From: Shigella phage ESh28
Direction: 5' to 3' (one strand)
Sequence record: ON528738
Length of the DNA stretch: 64,000 nucleotides
In this document: positions 33,621 to 42,867 of the stretch, piece by piece
Numbering within the stretch: the stretch's first letter is position 1
Layout: every line of letters begins with the position of its first letter
Translations under genes and position numbers: made by a program
Notes under the pieces: model-generated
Databases searched by the model: none
Seen by the model: the letters and a program-made list of their open reading frames with translations, nothing else
What the model was told of the DNA's origin: nothing

Positions 33621-33797
33621 ATGGCAAAACAAGCTAAAGCAAAGAAAGCAGTTGAAAAGAAAGTTGGTGATTCTAAACGCGCTGGCTACAAGCGTGGGTC
33701 GAACTCTCGTATCAATCAAACTGTTGAGAAGATCATGCGCCGAGCACGTGCGGTTCTTCGAGATGATGCTTCTCGTTTTGGTAAGCAGAAAGCATAA
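33621..33797 (+). CDS. hypothetical small basic protein (58 aa)
   Basis: MAKQAKAKKAVEKKVGDSKRAGYKRGS...; followed by strong terminator; track start 33579 is an upstream ATG without SD. Confidence 0.4.
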   Translation: MAKQAKAKKAVEKKVGDSKRAGYKRGSNSRINQTVEKIMRRARAVLRDDASRFGKQKA

Positions 33798-33802
33798 GTT
33801 GA

Positions 33803-33826
33803 GGACTCCTTCGGGAGTCCTTTTTT
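33803..33826 (+). terminator. intrinsic terminator (UUCG tetraloop)
   Basis: GGACTCC-TTCG-GGAGTCC followed by TTTTTT. Confidence 0.75.
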
Positions 33827-33850
33827 ATTTTCCAAAGATTGCATAAAGTT

Positions 33851-33880
33851 GTTTACAGTATGGTTCCTTTGTGATAGTAT
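33851..33880 (+). promoter_or_regulatory. early-type promoter
   Basis: GTTTAC 33851-33856; -10-like TAGTAT 33875-33880; imperfect inverted repeat TCCTTTGTG/CACAAACAAAGGA reaches the SD. Confidence 0.45.
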
Positions 33881-33907
33881 TATCTTACACAAACAAAGGA
33901 GAATAAA

Positions 33908-34240
33908 ATGAAAACGATTAATCTGAACGCTGCAGTTAAAACTAAATGCTTCAATGGTAAATATGATGAAACTATGTGGTTCTTAATGGCAGTTGAAGGT
34001 GATATTATTGAAGTAGAAACAACAGAAGGTATGGGAACAGATTTCACCTTTACAATTCAAGTTCATAATTTCTTTACTGGTTGGATTTATGAATTGAATA
34101 CAGTAATCGTTGGAAAAATTGAACAAAATGAATTAGGTGAATGGTATTATGTTACAGCTCGCCAACGTGCCGAACGCTTAATTGAGAAGATGAAAAAAGT
34201 TGGTAAACTTGACATGCAGCATTGGAAAGTAGTAAAATAA
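33908..34240 (+). CDS. hypothetical protein (110 aa)
   Basis: ATG with AAGGAG SD. Confidence 0.5.
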   Translation: MKTINLNAAVKTKCFNGKYDETMWFLMAVEGDIIEVETTEGMGTDFTFTIQVHNFFTGWIYELNTVIVGKIEQNELGEWYYVTARQRAERLIEKMKKVGKLDMQHWKVVK

Positions 34241-34242
34241 TT

Positions 34243-34282
34243 GTTTACTTTGGTACAGGATATGATATTATATACCTGTACC
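34243..34282 (+). promoter_or_regulatory. early-type promoter with -10 enclosed by a perfect 8-bp inverted repeat
   Basis: GTTTAC 34243-34248; TATTAT 34266-34271; GGTACAGG(34252-59)/CCTGTACC(34275-82). Confidence 0.5.
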
Positions 34283-34308
34283 GCAATTAAACATCTCGGA
34301 GAATAAAA

Positions 34309-34674
34309 ATGAACTACATCAACTTTGAGCGTAAATATGTTTCTAATGGTATTGCAGGTTCTATTGATACTATCTGCCTTTGGAAACATCAAAATGGATC
34401 AGTATGCGAAATTGAACAGTATATGACTCCTAACTACGTTTATATGCGATTTGAAAATGGCATCACGGTTTCAATCACAATGGAAGGTTCCAACTTCAAA
34501 ATCGCTCTGGATGATGATTTTCGTCAACGCGATTTAGGGACCCATCCTTGCTGGAATGGCGCTAATCGTAAGCTTCTGGTTAAAACTTGGATTCGTCATA
34601 TTTTGAGTAACAGAGCTAAACCTGAGCATCTTGAAGCAATCTTTGATGTAGTTCTCAACGAATTTGATATTTAA
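34309..34674 (+). CDS. hypothetical protein (121 aa)
   Basis: ATG with GGAG SD. Confidence 0.5.
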   Translation: MNYINFERKYVSNGIAGSIDTICLWKHQNGSVCEIEQYMTPNYVYMRFENGITVSITMEGSNFKIALDDDFRQRDLGTHPCWNGANRKLLVKTWIRHILSNRAKPEHLEAIFDVVLNEFDI

Positions 34675-34683
34675 AATAAAATG

Positions 34684-34699
34684 AGGGGCTTCGGCCCCT
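34684..34699 (+). other. UUCG-tetraloop RNA hairpin without U-tract
   Basis: AGGGGC-TTCG-GCCCCT followed directly by SD GAGGA of the next ORF. Confidence 0.45.
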
Positions 34700-34715
34700 T
34701 ACTGAGGAAAATACT

Positions 34716-35003
34716 ATGTTTATGACTACTTATTTTGACACCCGCAAAAATTTCTGTGAAGTGGTTTTCTCTAAGGCGCCTAAAGACCTTCCTGCTCATT
34801 TGCAACCTACCAGTGAATCGATTAAAAACTATGTTAATGTAGTCTGCCCTTTAGAGTTCCGTACTGTAAATGGGCGCGATACTTTAGCTATCACTAAACT
34901 CAATCGTGAAATTGACATTGACCCTTCAATTGCGCGTGAAATTAATATTTCTGATATTGGCGGCGGTAATGTTAAATCACACGGCTTTCAGATGAGGTTC
35001 TGA
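34716..35003 (+). CDS. hypothetical protein (95 aa)
   Basis: ATG with GAGGA SD. Confidence 0.45.
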   Translation: MFMTTYFDTRKNFCEVVFSKAPKDLPAHLQPTSESIKNYVNVVCPLEFRTVNGRDTLAITKLNREIDIDPSIAREINISDIGGGNVKSHGFQMRF

Positions 35004-35200
35004 TGAAATTCTTTTTAGGTCAAACTGTTGAATTAAAGGGAGTTGGTATACCTGGATTAATTTCTAAGGTTCTACCTCCATTTAAATGGAGTGGTGTTCA
35101 AATAAAAGAGGCTTATATTGTTTCCTGGGTAGATGGAAATGAAGACCTTCGTATGGGTGATGAATTATCTCCTATTTACGGATTAAAGGAATTAGTATGA
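35003..35200 (+). CDS. hypothetical protein (65 aa)
   Basis: ATG overlapping upstream stop. Confidence 0.4.
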   Translation: MKFFLGQTVELKGVGIPGLISKVLPPFKWSGVQIKEAYIVSWVDGNEDLRMGDELSPIYGLKELV

Positions 35201-35403
35201 ATATAATTAATAAGATTTTTGGAATTCAGTACATTAAGGTCACATATAAAGTAACAGATAAAAATCCATATACTGATGAACATGAAGAACCACAAGTTAA
35301 GTCTATTATATTAGAAAAGGACCCTAACTGGCCAGTTGAATTTCGTCTTCCTTGCTATGGTCATTGGGCTGATGTTGAAATTATAAGTATTGAAAATGCC
35401 TGA
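35197..35403 (+). CDS. hypothetical protein (68 aa)
   Basis: ATG overlapping upstream stop. Confidence 0.4.
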   Translation: MNIINKIFGIQYIKVTYKVTDKNPYTDEHEEPQVKSIILEKDPNWPVEFRLPCYGHWADVEIISIENA

Positions 35404-35854
35404 GTTAGAGATTAGAAGCAATTTTAGATGGCCATCGTGTGCATTAAGTAATTTCGCCCAATGGCCTTTTGTTATGGATGGTATCCAATTTGGAGGTCTT
35501 GAAGGATTTCTCCAAGGATGTAAGGTGAAAAATGTTGAACAGCAACGTCGTGTATTTGGGTTATCCGGGCTTGCCGCCCAACAAGCTGGAAGGTCTTATG
35601 CTAGAGCTCAGGACCGTGGGACCCTCTTCTGGCTCGGAGTTCCGTTTTCAAGATACTCTCCAGCGTGGAAAGAATTATACACAAATGCGTATTTTGAGGC
35701 AGCGATTCAAAACAAGGGCTTTCGTGATGCATTACTAGCCTCGAAAGGAAAAGTTTTGAAGCATAGCATGGCTAGTGGTCTAACAAAAGATGATACAATA
35801 CTAACCGAAGCTGAATTTATTGATGTGTTAAACCTATTAAGAGACTCTCTATGA
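35396..35854 (+). CDS. NADAR (YbiA-like, DUF1768) family protein, 30.3 position
   Basis: 152 aa from ATG 35396; motif LSNFAQWPFVMDGIQF resembles E. coli YbiA FSNFAAWPIKVDGKTW; track start 35390 is TTG. Confidence 0.65.
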   Translation: MPELEIRSNFRWPSCALSNFAQWPFVMDGIQFGGLEGFLQGCKVKNVEQQRRVFGLSGLAAQQAGRSYARAQDRGTLFWLGVPFSRYSPAWKELYTNAYFEAAIQNKGFRDALLASKGKVLKHSMASGLTKDDTILTEAEFIDVLNLLRDSL

Positions 35855-36483
35855 AGCCTACTATTTTGACTGATATTGACGGGGTGTGTTTAAGCTGGCA
35901 ATCGGGCCTTCCTTATTTTGCCCAAAAATATAATCTTCCGTTGGAACATATTTTAAAAATGATTCAGGACGAAAAATTTATTTCTCCTGGTAAGCTCTTT
36001 AATTGCGATGAAGAACTTGGTGTTAAATTAATCGAAAAGTATAATCGTTCAGATTTTATTCGTTATTTGTCTCCATATAAAGATGCTCTATGTGTAATTA
36101 ACAAATTAAAAGAAGATTATAATTTTGTAGCTGTTACAGCATTGGGTGATTCTATTGACGCTCTGCTGAATCGTCAATTTAATTTGAATGCTCTTTTTCC
36201 TGGTGCCTTCTCAGAAGTATTGATGTGTGGTCATGATTCTTCAAAAGAAGAGTTGTTCAAAAAGGCAAAAGAGAAATATAACGTAATTTGTTATATTGAC
36301 GATCTCGCTCACCACTGCGATCACGCGAGTGAAATATTAAATGTTCCTGTTTATTGGATGGCTCGAGGAGAGCGTGACAATATTCCAAAAACTGCGCAGC
36401 GAGTTTATACATGGAATGATGTAGAGAATAAGCTTTTCCATCGAAGGAAAATAAAGAAAGTTTTGATAGTGAAAAAGTTATAA
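35851..36483 (+). CDS. HAD-superfamily hydrolase, probable 5'(3')-deoxyribonucleotidase-like (30.2 position)
   Basis: 210 aa; HAD motif I ILTDIDGV and motif IV ICYIDD; ATG overlaps upstream stop. Confidence 0.6.
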   Translation: MKPTILTDIDGVCLSWQSGLPYFAQKYNLPLEHILKMIQDEKFISPGKLFNCDEELGVKLIEKYNRSDFIRYLSPYKDALCVINKLKEDYNFVAVTALGDSIDALLNRQFNLNALFPGAFSEVLMCGHDSSKEELFKKAKEKYNVICYIDDLAHHCDHASEILNVPVYWMARGERDNIPKTAQRVYTWNDVENKLFHRRKIKKVLIVKKL

Positions 36484-36500
36484 AAGATGTAATTGAGAAG

Positions 36501-36686
36501 ATGATTAAAAACGATTCTTTTCCTTGGAACACTACCTGGAGAACTCCTGGATTTAATCCTTATAATCTATATCATCCATATCAGACGCATCCGTTTCAGA
36601 CATGGAACTATATTAAACCCGGTGGCATAGAGTATTTGTATAATAGACCTACTAGTGGTGATAATATTTTCCAAGGAGCATTCTAA
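36501..36686 (+). CDS. hypothetical protein (61 aa)
   Basis: ATG start; ORF from track. Confidence 0.35.
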   Translation: MIKNDSFPWNTTWRTPGFNPYNLYHPYQTHPFQTWNYIKPGGIEYLYNRPTSGDNIFQGAF

Positions 36687-36955
36687 TGTTTGTCGTTCAC
36701 ACTATTTATGAAAATGAAGGTAATACTACACGTGATTACGGTCACGTAAATCAATTTTTTAGATGCAATCCAGAATTTCGAGCTCAAAAAGACGAACGAA
36801 TTTTTAAAAAATGTGTAGAGCAAGGTTTCATTTACGTCAAGCACTGGATGCAAGGAAATAAAGTTAGAACCACGTACCACAAGTCTTTGACTGAGCTTAA
36901 TGATGAATTGATTTATAATAGAGCTGTAAACCAAACTCTAAAGGATGAACAATGA
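36686..36955 (+). CDS. hypothetical protein (89 aa)
   Basis: ATG with AAGGAG SD. Confidence 0.45.
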   Translation: MFVVHTIYENEGNTTRDYGHVNQFFRCNPEFRAQKDERIFKKCVEQGFIYVKHWMQGNKVRTTYHKSLTELNDELIYNRAVNQTLKDEQ

Positions 36956-38415
36956 TTCTTAAAATTCTGAACGAAATAGCATCTATTGGTTCAACTAAGC
37001 AGAAGCAAGCAATTCTTGAAAAGAATAAAGATAATGAATTGCTTAAACGAGTATATCGTCTGACTTATTCTCGTGGGTTACAGTATTATATCAAGAAATG
37101 GCCTAAACCTGGTATTGCTACCCAGAGTTTTGGAATGTTGACTCTTACCGATATGCTTGACTTCATTGAATTCACGTTAGCTACTCGGAAATTGACCGGA
37201 AATGCGGCAATTGAGGAATTAACTGGATATATTGCTGACGGTAAAAAAGATGATGTTGAAGTTTTGCGTCGGGTGATGATGCGAGACCTTGAATGCGGTG
37301 CTTCAGTATCTATTGCAAACAAAGTTTGGCCAGGTTTAATTCCTGAACAACCTCAAATGCTGGCAAGTTCTTATGATGAAAAAGGCATTAATAAGAATAT
37401 CAAATTTCCAGCATTTGCCCAATTAAAAGCTGATGGAGCTCGATGCTTTGCTGAAGTCAGAGGTGATGAATTAGATGATGTTCGTCTTTTATCACGAGCT
37501 GGTAATGAATATCTAGGATTAGATCTTCTCAAGGAAGAGTTAATCAAAATGACTGCAGAAGCTCGCCAGATTCATCCAGAAGGTGTGTTAATTGATGGCG
37601 AATTGGTATACCATGAGCAAGTTGAAAAGGAACCAGAAGGCCTAGATTTTCTTTTTGATGCTTATCCTGAAATTAGTAAAGCTAAAGAATTCGCCGAAGT
37701 AGCTGAATCACGTACTACTTCTAATGGAATCGCTAATAAATCTTTAAAGGGAACCATTTCCGAAAAAGAAGCACAATGCATGAAGTTTCAGGTCTGGGAC
37801 TATGTTCCATTAGTAGAAATATATGGTCTTCCAGCATTTCGTTTAAAATATGATGTACGTTTTTCTAAACTAGAACAAATGACATCAGGCTATGATAAAG
37901 TAATTTTAATTGAAAACCAGGTAGTAAATAACCTAGATGAAGCTAAGGTAATTTATAAAAAGTATATTGACCAAGGTCTTGAAGGTATTATTCTCAAAAA
38001 TATCGATGGATTATGGGAAAATGCTCGTTCAAAAAATCTTTATAAATTTAAAGAAGTAATTGATGTTGATTTAAAAATTGTAGGAATTTATCCTCACCGT
38101 AAAGACCCTACTAAAGCGGGTGGATTTATTCTTGAGTCAGAGTGTGGAAAAATTAAAGTAAATGCTGGTTCAGGCTTAAAAGATAAAGCTGGTGTAAAAT
38201 CGCATGAACTTGACCGTACTCGCATTATGGAAAACCAAAATTATTATATTGGAAAAATTCTAGAGTGCGAATGCAACGGTTGGTTAAAATCTGATGGCCG
38301 CACTGATTACGTTAAATTATTTCTTCCGATTGCGATTCGTTTACGTGAAGATAAAACTAAAGCTAATACATTCGAGGATGTATTTGGCGATTTTCATGAG
38401 GTAACTGGTTTATGA
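36952..38415 (+). CDS. 30: ATP-dependent DNA ligase
   Basis: 487 aa (T4 ligase length); MILKILNEIASIGSTKQKQAILEKNKDNELLK; ligase motif QLKADGARC. Confidence 0.9.
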   Translation: MILKILNEIASIGSTKQKQAILEKNKDNELLKRVYRLTYSRGLQYYIKKWPKPGIATQSFGMLTLTDMLDFIEFTLATRKLTGNAAIEELTGYIADGKKDDVEVLRRVMMRDLECGASVSIANKVWPGLIPEQPQMLASSYDEKGINKNIKFPAFAQLKADGARCFAEVRGDELDDVRLLSRAGNEYLGLDLLKEELIKMTAEARQIHPEGVLIDGELVYHEQVEKEPEGLDFLFDAYPEISKAKEFAEVAESRTTSNGIANKSLKGTISEKEAQCMKFQVWDYVPLVEIYGLPAFRLKYDVRFSKLEQMTSGYDKVILIENQVVNNLDEAKVIYKKYIDQGLEGIILKNIDGLWENARSKNLYKFKEVIDVDLKIVGIYPHRKDPTKAGGFILESECGKIKVNAGSGLKDKAGVKSHELDRTRIMENQNYYIGKILECECNGWLKSDGRTDYVKLFLPIAIRLREDKTKANTFEDVFGDFHEVTGL

Positions 38416-38600
38416 AAGCTTACTTAGAAACAATTGTCATTGCTCAAAAAGAAGGTGGAGATGTTTCTACTTCTGTATCACAAGTCATTCTCGAATTTGT
38501 AGATGCATATGCTTACAATAAATTTACAGAAACATTTGATGCCTATGAAAAAGGTCCAAAGTTTGAAATATACCGTACTCTCTTACCACTAGATTACTAA
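38412..38600 (+). CDS. hypothetical protein (62 aa)
   Basis: ATG overlapping ligase stop. Confidence 0.4.
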   Translation: MKAYLETIVIAQKEGGDVSTSVSQVILEFVDAYAYNKFTETFDAYEKGPKFEIYRTLLPLDY

Positions 38601-38616
38601 AGGCCTTCGGGCCTTT
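38599..38616 (+). terminator. UUCG-tetraloop hairpin, weak terminator
   Basis: AAAGGCC-TTCG-GGCCTTT followed by AATTTTA. Confidence 0.5.
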
Positions 38617-38621
38617 AATTT

Positions 38622-38629
38622 TATAAATA
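38622..38629 (+). promoter_or_regulatory. late promoter (TATAAATA) for alt
   Basis: Exact TATAAATA 21 nt upstream of alt ATG. Confidence 0.7.
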
Positions 38630-38649
38630 GAATAAACACTAGAGAGGAT

Positions 38650-40746
38650 ATGATGGAACTCATTACAGAATTATTTGACGAAGATACTACTCTTCCGATT
38701 ACAAACTTAAATCCAAAGAAGAAAATACCACAAATTTTTTCAGTTCATGTTGATGACGCAATTGAACAACCAGGCTTTCGTTTATGTACCTATACATCTG
38801 GAGGTGATACTAATCGCGATTTAAAGATGGGCGATAAAATGATGCATATTGTTCCTTTTACATTAACTGCTAAAGGTTCAATTGCTAAATTAAAAGGTCT
38901 TGGTCCAAGCCCAATTAATTATATCAATTCAGTTTTTACTGTTGCAATGCAAACAATGCGCCAGTATAAAATTGATGCTTGTATGCTTCGTATTCTTAAG
39001 TCTAAAACTGCTGGCCAAGCTCGACAAATTCAAGTTATTGCTGATAGACTTATCCGTAGTCGTTCAGGTGGCAGATACGTCCTTCTTAAGGAACTCTGGG
39101 ATTATGATAAAAAGTATGCATATATTCTTATACATCGCAAAAATGTATCACTAGAAGACATTCCAGGAGTTCCGGAAATTAGTACCGAGCTCTTTACTAA
39201 AGTTGAATCGAAGGTCGGTGATGTTTATATCAATAAAGATACTGGGGCTCAAGTAACTAAAAATGAGGCAATTGCAGCATCTATTGCACAAGAAAATGAT
39301 AAACGTTCTGACCAAGCTGTAATCGTTAAAGTTAAAATTTCACGTAGAGCAATTGCGCAAAGTCAATCATTGGAATCTTCTAGATTTGAAAGTGAATTAT
39401 TCCAGAAGTATGAATCTACCGCAGCTAATTTCAATAAACCTGCTACAGCTCCTTTAATTCCTGAAGCAGAAGAAATGAAGCTTGGAATTAATTCATTAGC
39501 TTCTAAAACTAAGGCAGCAAAAATTATTGCTGAAGGAACTGCAGATGAACTTCATTATGACTATAAATTCTTTTCAAAAAGTGAGGTTAATGAAGTTTCT
39601 GAAAAAATTAAAGATGTAATTCTTAATGCGATTAAAAATGAACCAACTACTTCAATAAAATGTTTAGAGAAATACGCAGCAGCTGTTAATCAATTATTTG
39701 AAGAATATAAAGATAACTGGCTTGATAAACATAATAAAACTCGTAAAGGACAGACAGATGAAGTCTGGGAAGAAATAACTAAAAATTCCTGGAACGCAGC
39801 AAAAACTAAATTCCTCAAACGAATGATTTATAGCTTTTCTGGAATTGGTGCAGGTCCAATGATTGATATTACTATTGCCCGTGATGGTTCTAAATATACT
39901 CCATCACAAAAGCGCGGCATTAGAGAGTATTGTGGTTCAGGATATACTGACATCAATAATCTTCTTTTAGGACGCTACAATCCAGAACGATATGATGTAA
40001 TGAGTGAAAAAGAAATTGAATCTGCTATAAATAACTTAGATTCAGCTTTTGAAAATGGTGACCGTATACCAGAAGGCATTACAGTTTATCGTGCTCAAAG
40101 TATGACTGCTCCTATATATGAAGCGTTAGTTAAAAATAAAGTGTTCTACTTCAGAAATTTTGTATCTACTTCTTTAACTCCTATCATTTTTGGACGTTTT
40201 GGAATCACACATGCTGGTATTGGTCTTTTAGAACCAGAAGCTCGCAATGAATTAACAGTTGATAAAAATGAAGAAGGAATAACTATTAATCCAAACGAAA
40301 TAAGAGCGTATAAAGAAAATCCTGAATACGTTAAAGTTCAAATAGGATGGGCAATTGATGGAGCTCATAAAGTTAATGTTGTATATCCAGGAAGTCTCGG
40401 AATAGCAACAGAAGCTGAAGTTATTCTACCGCGTGGATTGATGGTCAAAGTTAATAAAATAACTGATGCTTCTAATAATGACGGAACAACATCTAATAAT
40501 ACAAAACTCATTCAAGCTGAAGTTATGACCACGGAAGAGCTCACCGAATCGGTAATCTATGACGGAGACCATTTAATGGAAACCGGTGAAGTAGTTGCAA
40601 TGACAGGTGATATTGAAATAGACGACAGAGTTGACTTTGCATCATTTGTTTCATCAAATGTTAAACAGAAAGTAGAATCATCTCTTGGAATTATTGCGTC
40701 TTGCATAGATATTACAAACATGCCTTACAAGTTCGTTCAAGGATAA
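38650..40746 (+). CDS. alt: Alt ADP-ribosyltransferase (virion-packaged; modifies host RNA polymerase)
   Basis: 698 aa; ART-like R-S-E elements (YRAQ, FVSTSL, EAEVILPRG); late promoter TATAAATA 28 nt upstream. Confidence 0.8.
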   Translation: MMELITELFDEDTTLPITNLNPKKKIPQIFSVHVDDAIEQPGFRLCTYTSGGDTNRDLKMGDKMMHIVPFTLTAKGSIAKLKGLGPSPINYINSVFTVAMQTMRQYKIDACMLRILKSKTAGQARQIQVIADRLIRSRSGGRYVLLKELWDYDKKYAYILIHRKNVSLEDIPGVPEISTELFTKVESKVGDVYINKDTGAQVTKNEAIAASIAQENDKRSDQAVIVKVKISRRAIAQSQSLESSRFESELFQKYESTAANFNKPATAPLIPEAEEMKLGINSLASKTKAAKIIAEGTADELHYDYKFFSKSEVNEVSEKIKDVILNAIKNEPTTSIKCLEKYAAAVNQLFEEYKDNWLDKHNKTRKGQTDEVWEEITKNSWNAAKTKFLKRMIYSFSGIGAGPMIDITIARDGSKYTPSQKRGIREYCGSGYTDINNLLLGRYNPERYDVMSEKEIESAINNLDSAFENGDRIPEGITVYRAQSMTAPIYEALVKNKVFYFRNFVSTSLTPIIFGRFGITHAGIGLLEPEARNELTVDKNEEGITINPNEIRAYKENPEYVKVQIGWAIDGAHKVNVVYPGSLGIATEAEVILPRGLMVKVNKITDASNNDGTTSNNTKLIQAEVMTTEELTESVIYDGDHLMETGEVVAMTGDIEIDDRVDFASFVSSNVKQKVESSLGIIASCIDITNMPYKFVQG

Positions 40747-40749
40747 ATC

Positions 40750-42807
40750 ATGGAACTTATTACAGAATTATTTGACGGCGCTTCGGCGCCGGTTGTTAAC
40801 TTAAATCCTAAGCATAAAATACCACAAATTTTTGCTATTCAAGCCGGTGAAGAAAGCGTTCTTCCTGGATTTAGATTTTGTACATACACCTCTGGCGGTG
40901 ATACGAATAAAAACGTTAAGCCAGGCGACAAAATGATGCATATCGTAATGATAGGTGTTAATGAAAAATTATCATTAGTTAAGCTTAAAAACTTGGGTGG
41001 AAATCCAATTGGCGTCATTAATGCTGTTTTTGATACTGCTCTTCAAACAATGAAACAGTATAAAATTGATGCATGCCTATTCCGCGTACTAAAAAGTAAA
41101 ACAAATGGCGCTGCTCGTCAAATGCAAGTTATTGCTGACCGTTTAGTACGTACTAAAGGAGCAGGTCGATATGTTCTTTTAAAGGAAATCTGGGACTATG
41201 ATAAGAAATATGCATATATTATGGTTTACCGTAAAAATGCCAATTTAGAAGACATTCCAGGTGTACCTCCTATTTCAACTGAGTTATTCACAAAAGTTGA
41301 ATCGAAAGTCGGTGATGTTTATGTAGATGTTAAAACAGGTAATGCTGTTCCTAAAGCTGTTGCTGTTGCTGCTTCTATTGCTTTAGAAAATGATAAGCGC
41401 ACGGACCAAGCTGTTATTCAGAAAACTAAAATTAGTCGTCGATTAGCAGCACAAGCTCAATATTCTACTGTTGATGCTTCACTTCAGGGTGATAGCTTCG
41501 CTGCTAAGAAATATCAAGAGTTTGAATCTAAAGTTCCGGTGTATAAAGCAGAAGGACCAATGAACTCTGGCGTTATTCAAATTGGTTCAAACTTCAGCAA
41601 AGGAGCTATAGGCGGTATGAGAAGCGCTTCTCGTTTTAAATCTAGTGATTATGAACTCGAAAGCTTCCGAAATCATATTGCATTAGCCCATGCACGTTTA
41701 CGTGATCCATCTATCAAGTTACAGAGCGATATAACATATCAAGGTTCTCAAGAATATTTAAAGAATAAAGAATTCTTTGATTATAAGACTGATAAAATTT
41801 TAAGCGATCTTGCTGATATTAATATTTCTAATAGCTTTGATGTTATTAAGAAAATTATCAATGATTTGGTTAAAGGTTCTAAAGCTACGCCAGATGAAAA
41901 GACAGCTATTATTCAATTTGTCATGAATGGCATTTATAAATTGATTAATGAATCTGCTGCTCAGGCATATGAATACGCAAGCACTGAAGTAACTCCAAAA
42001 GGATTAACTCAAGCTGAATCTGATGTAATTGAAGATTATTGTGCAGATTCATATGTTGAAATGAACTCGTTCCTTTTGGGTAAACCAGATTCTACCCGTG
42101 AAGAATATATGGAACGAGCTATTAAACATATTGAGACGCTTGATTCTGCATTCGCTAAAGGTTCAGTTCTTCCTCCAGGAACTACACTTTACCGTGGACA
42201 AGAAGTTACCTTTAAAACTTTGCGTCATAACATTGAAAATAAAATGTTCTATTTCAAGAACTTCGTATCGACATCACTTAAACCAAATATATTCGGTGAG
42301 CATGGTAAAAACTATATGGCTCTAGATGATTCCGGCGCAGTATTTTCTGGCGAAGGAGAAGGTTCTGTTGATGCAGAAGATTTGATGCATATGGGTAGTC
42401 ATTCTACATATGCTAATGAAGATGCTGAAACTAGCGTGGGTATGGTAATTAAAGGAGCTGAGCGAATTAAAGTTATCGTTCCGGGTCATTTATCAGGATT
42501 TCCATCAGAAGCTGAAGTTATTCTACCGCGTGGAATTTTACTGAAGATTAATAAAGTAAGTACTTACTTTATGAAAGAAACTGCTTATAACAAGTATCTA
42601 ATCGAAGGTACAATCGTTCCTCCTTCTGAACAATTAGAGGAATCAGTATATGATGGCGACCATCTAATGGAAACTGGTGAAGTTCGTCCAATGACTGGAT
42701 TTAATCAATTCCTTGTCGAAGAATCAAAAGAAGAGGAAAACGAAGTTTCTCAAATCTTAGCTTCTTTGGTTAACATTAACGGAATGTCTAAAAAGTTCAA
42801 AATGTAG
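40750..42807 (+). CDS. Alt-like ADP-ribosyltransferase paralogue (second tandem copy)
   Basis: 685 aa; N-terminal ~230 aa roughly two-thirds identical to upstream Alt by eye; diverged middle; same ART elements (YRGQ, FVSTSL, EAEVILPRG). Confidence 0.75.
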   Translation: MELITELFDGASAPVVNLNPKHKIPQIFAIQAGEESVLPGFRFCTYTSGGDTNKNVKPGDKMMHIVMIGVNEKLSLVKLKNLGGNPIGVINAVFDTALQTMKQYKIDACLFRVLKSKTNGAARQMQVIADRLVRTKGAGRYVLLKEIWDYDKKYAYIMVYRKNANLEDIPGVPPISTELFTKVESKVGDVYVDVKTGNAVPKAVAVAASIALENDKRTDQAVIQKTKISRRLAAQAQYSTVDASLQGDSFAAKKYQEFESKVPVYKAEGPMNSGVIQIGSNFSKGAIGGMRSASRFKSSDYELESFRNHIALAHARLRDPSIKLQSDITYQGSQEYLKNKEFFDYKTDKILSDLADINISNSFDVIKKIINDLVKGSKATPDEKTAIIQFVMNGIYKLINESAAQAYEYASTEVTPKGLTQAESDVIEDYCADSYVEMNSFLLGKPDSTREEYMERAIKHIETLDSAFAKGSVLPPGTTLYRGQEVTFKTLRHNIENKMFYFKNFVSTSLKPNIFGEHGKNYMALDDSGAVFSGEGEGSVDAEDLMHMGSHSTYANEDAETSVGMVIKGAERIKVIVPGHLSGFPSEAEVILPRGILLKINKVSTYFMKETAYNKYLIEGTIVPPSEQLEESVYDGDHLMETGEVRPMTGFNQFLVEESKEEENEVSQILASLVNINGMSKKFKM

Positions 42808-42862
42808 TTTACAAGTCCCTCATGTTGTGTTATAGTAGTCTTACTGACATAACATGAGGAAC
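42807..42862 (+). promoter_or_regulatory. early-type promoter embedded in an SD-sequestering hairpin (copy B, near-identical to 27008-27063)
   Basis: GTTTAC 42807-42812; TATAGT 42831-42836; inverted repeat CCTCATGTT(42818-26)/AACATGAGG(42851-59) includes SD GAGGA. Confidence 0.5.
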
Positions 42863-42867
42863 ACAAA

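Noticed and set aside
34684-34699. Calling the AGGGGC-UUCG-GCCCCU hairpin an intrinsic terminator
   Set aside because: No U-tract follows; it abuts the SD of the next ORF, so kept as an RNA hairpin of unknown role
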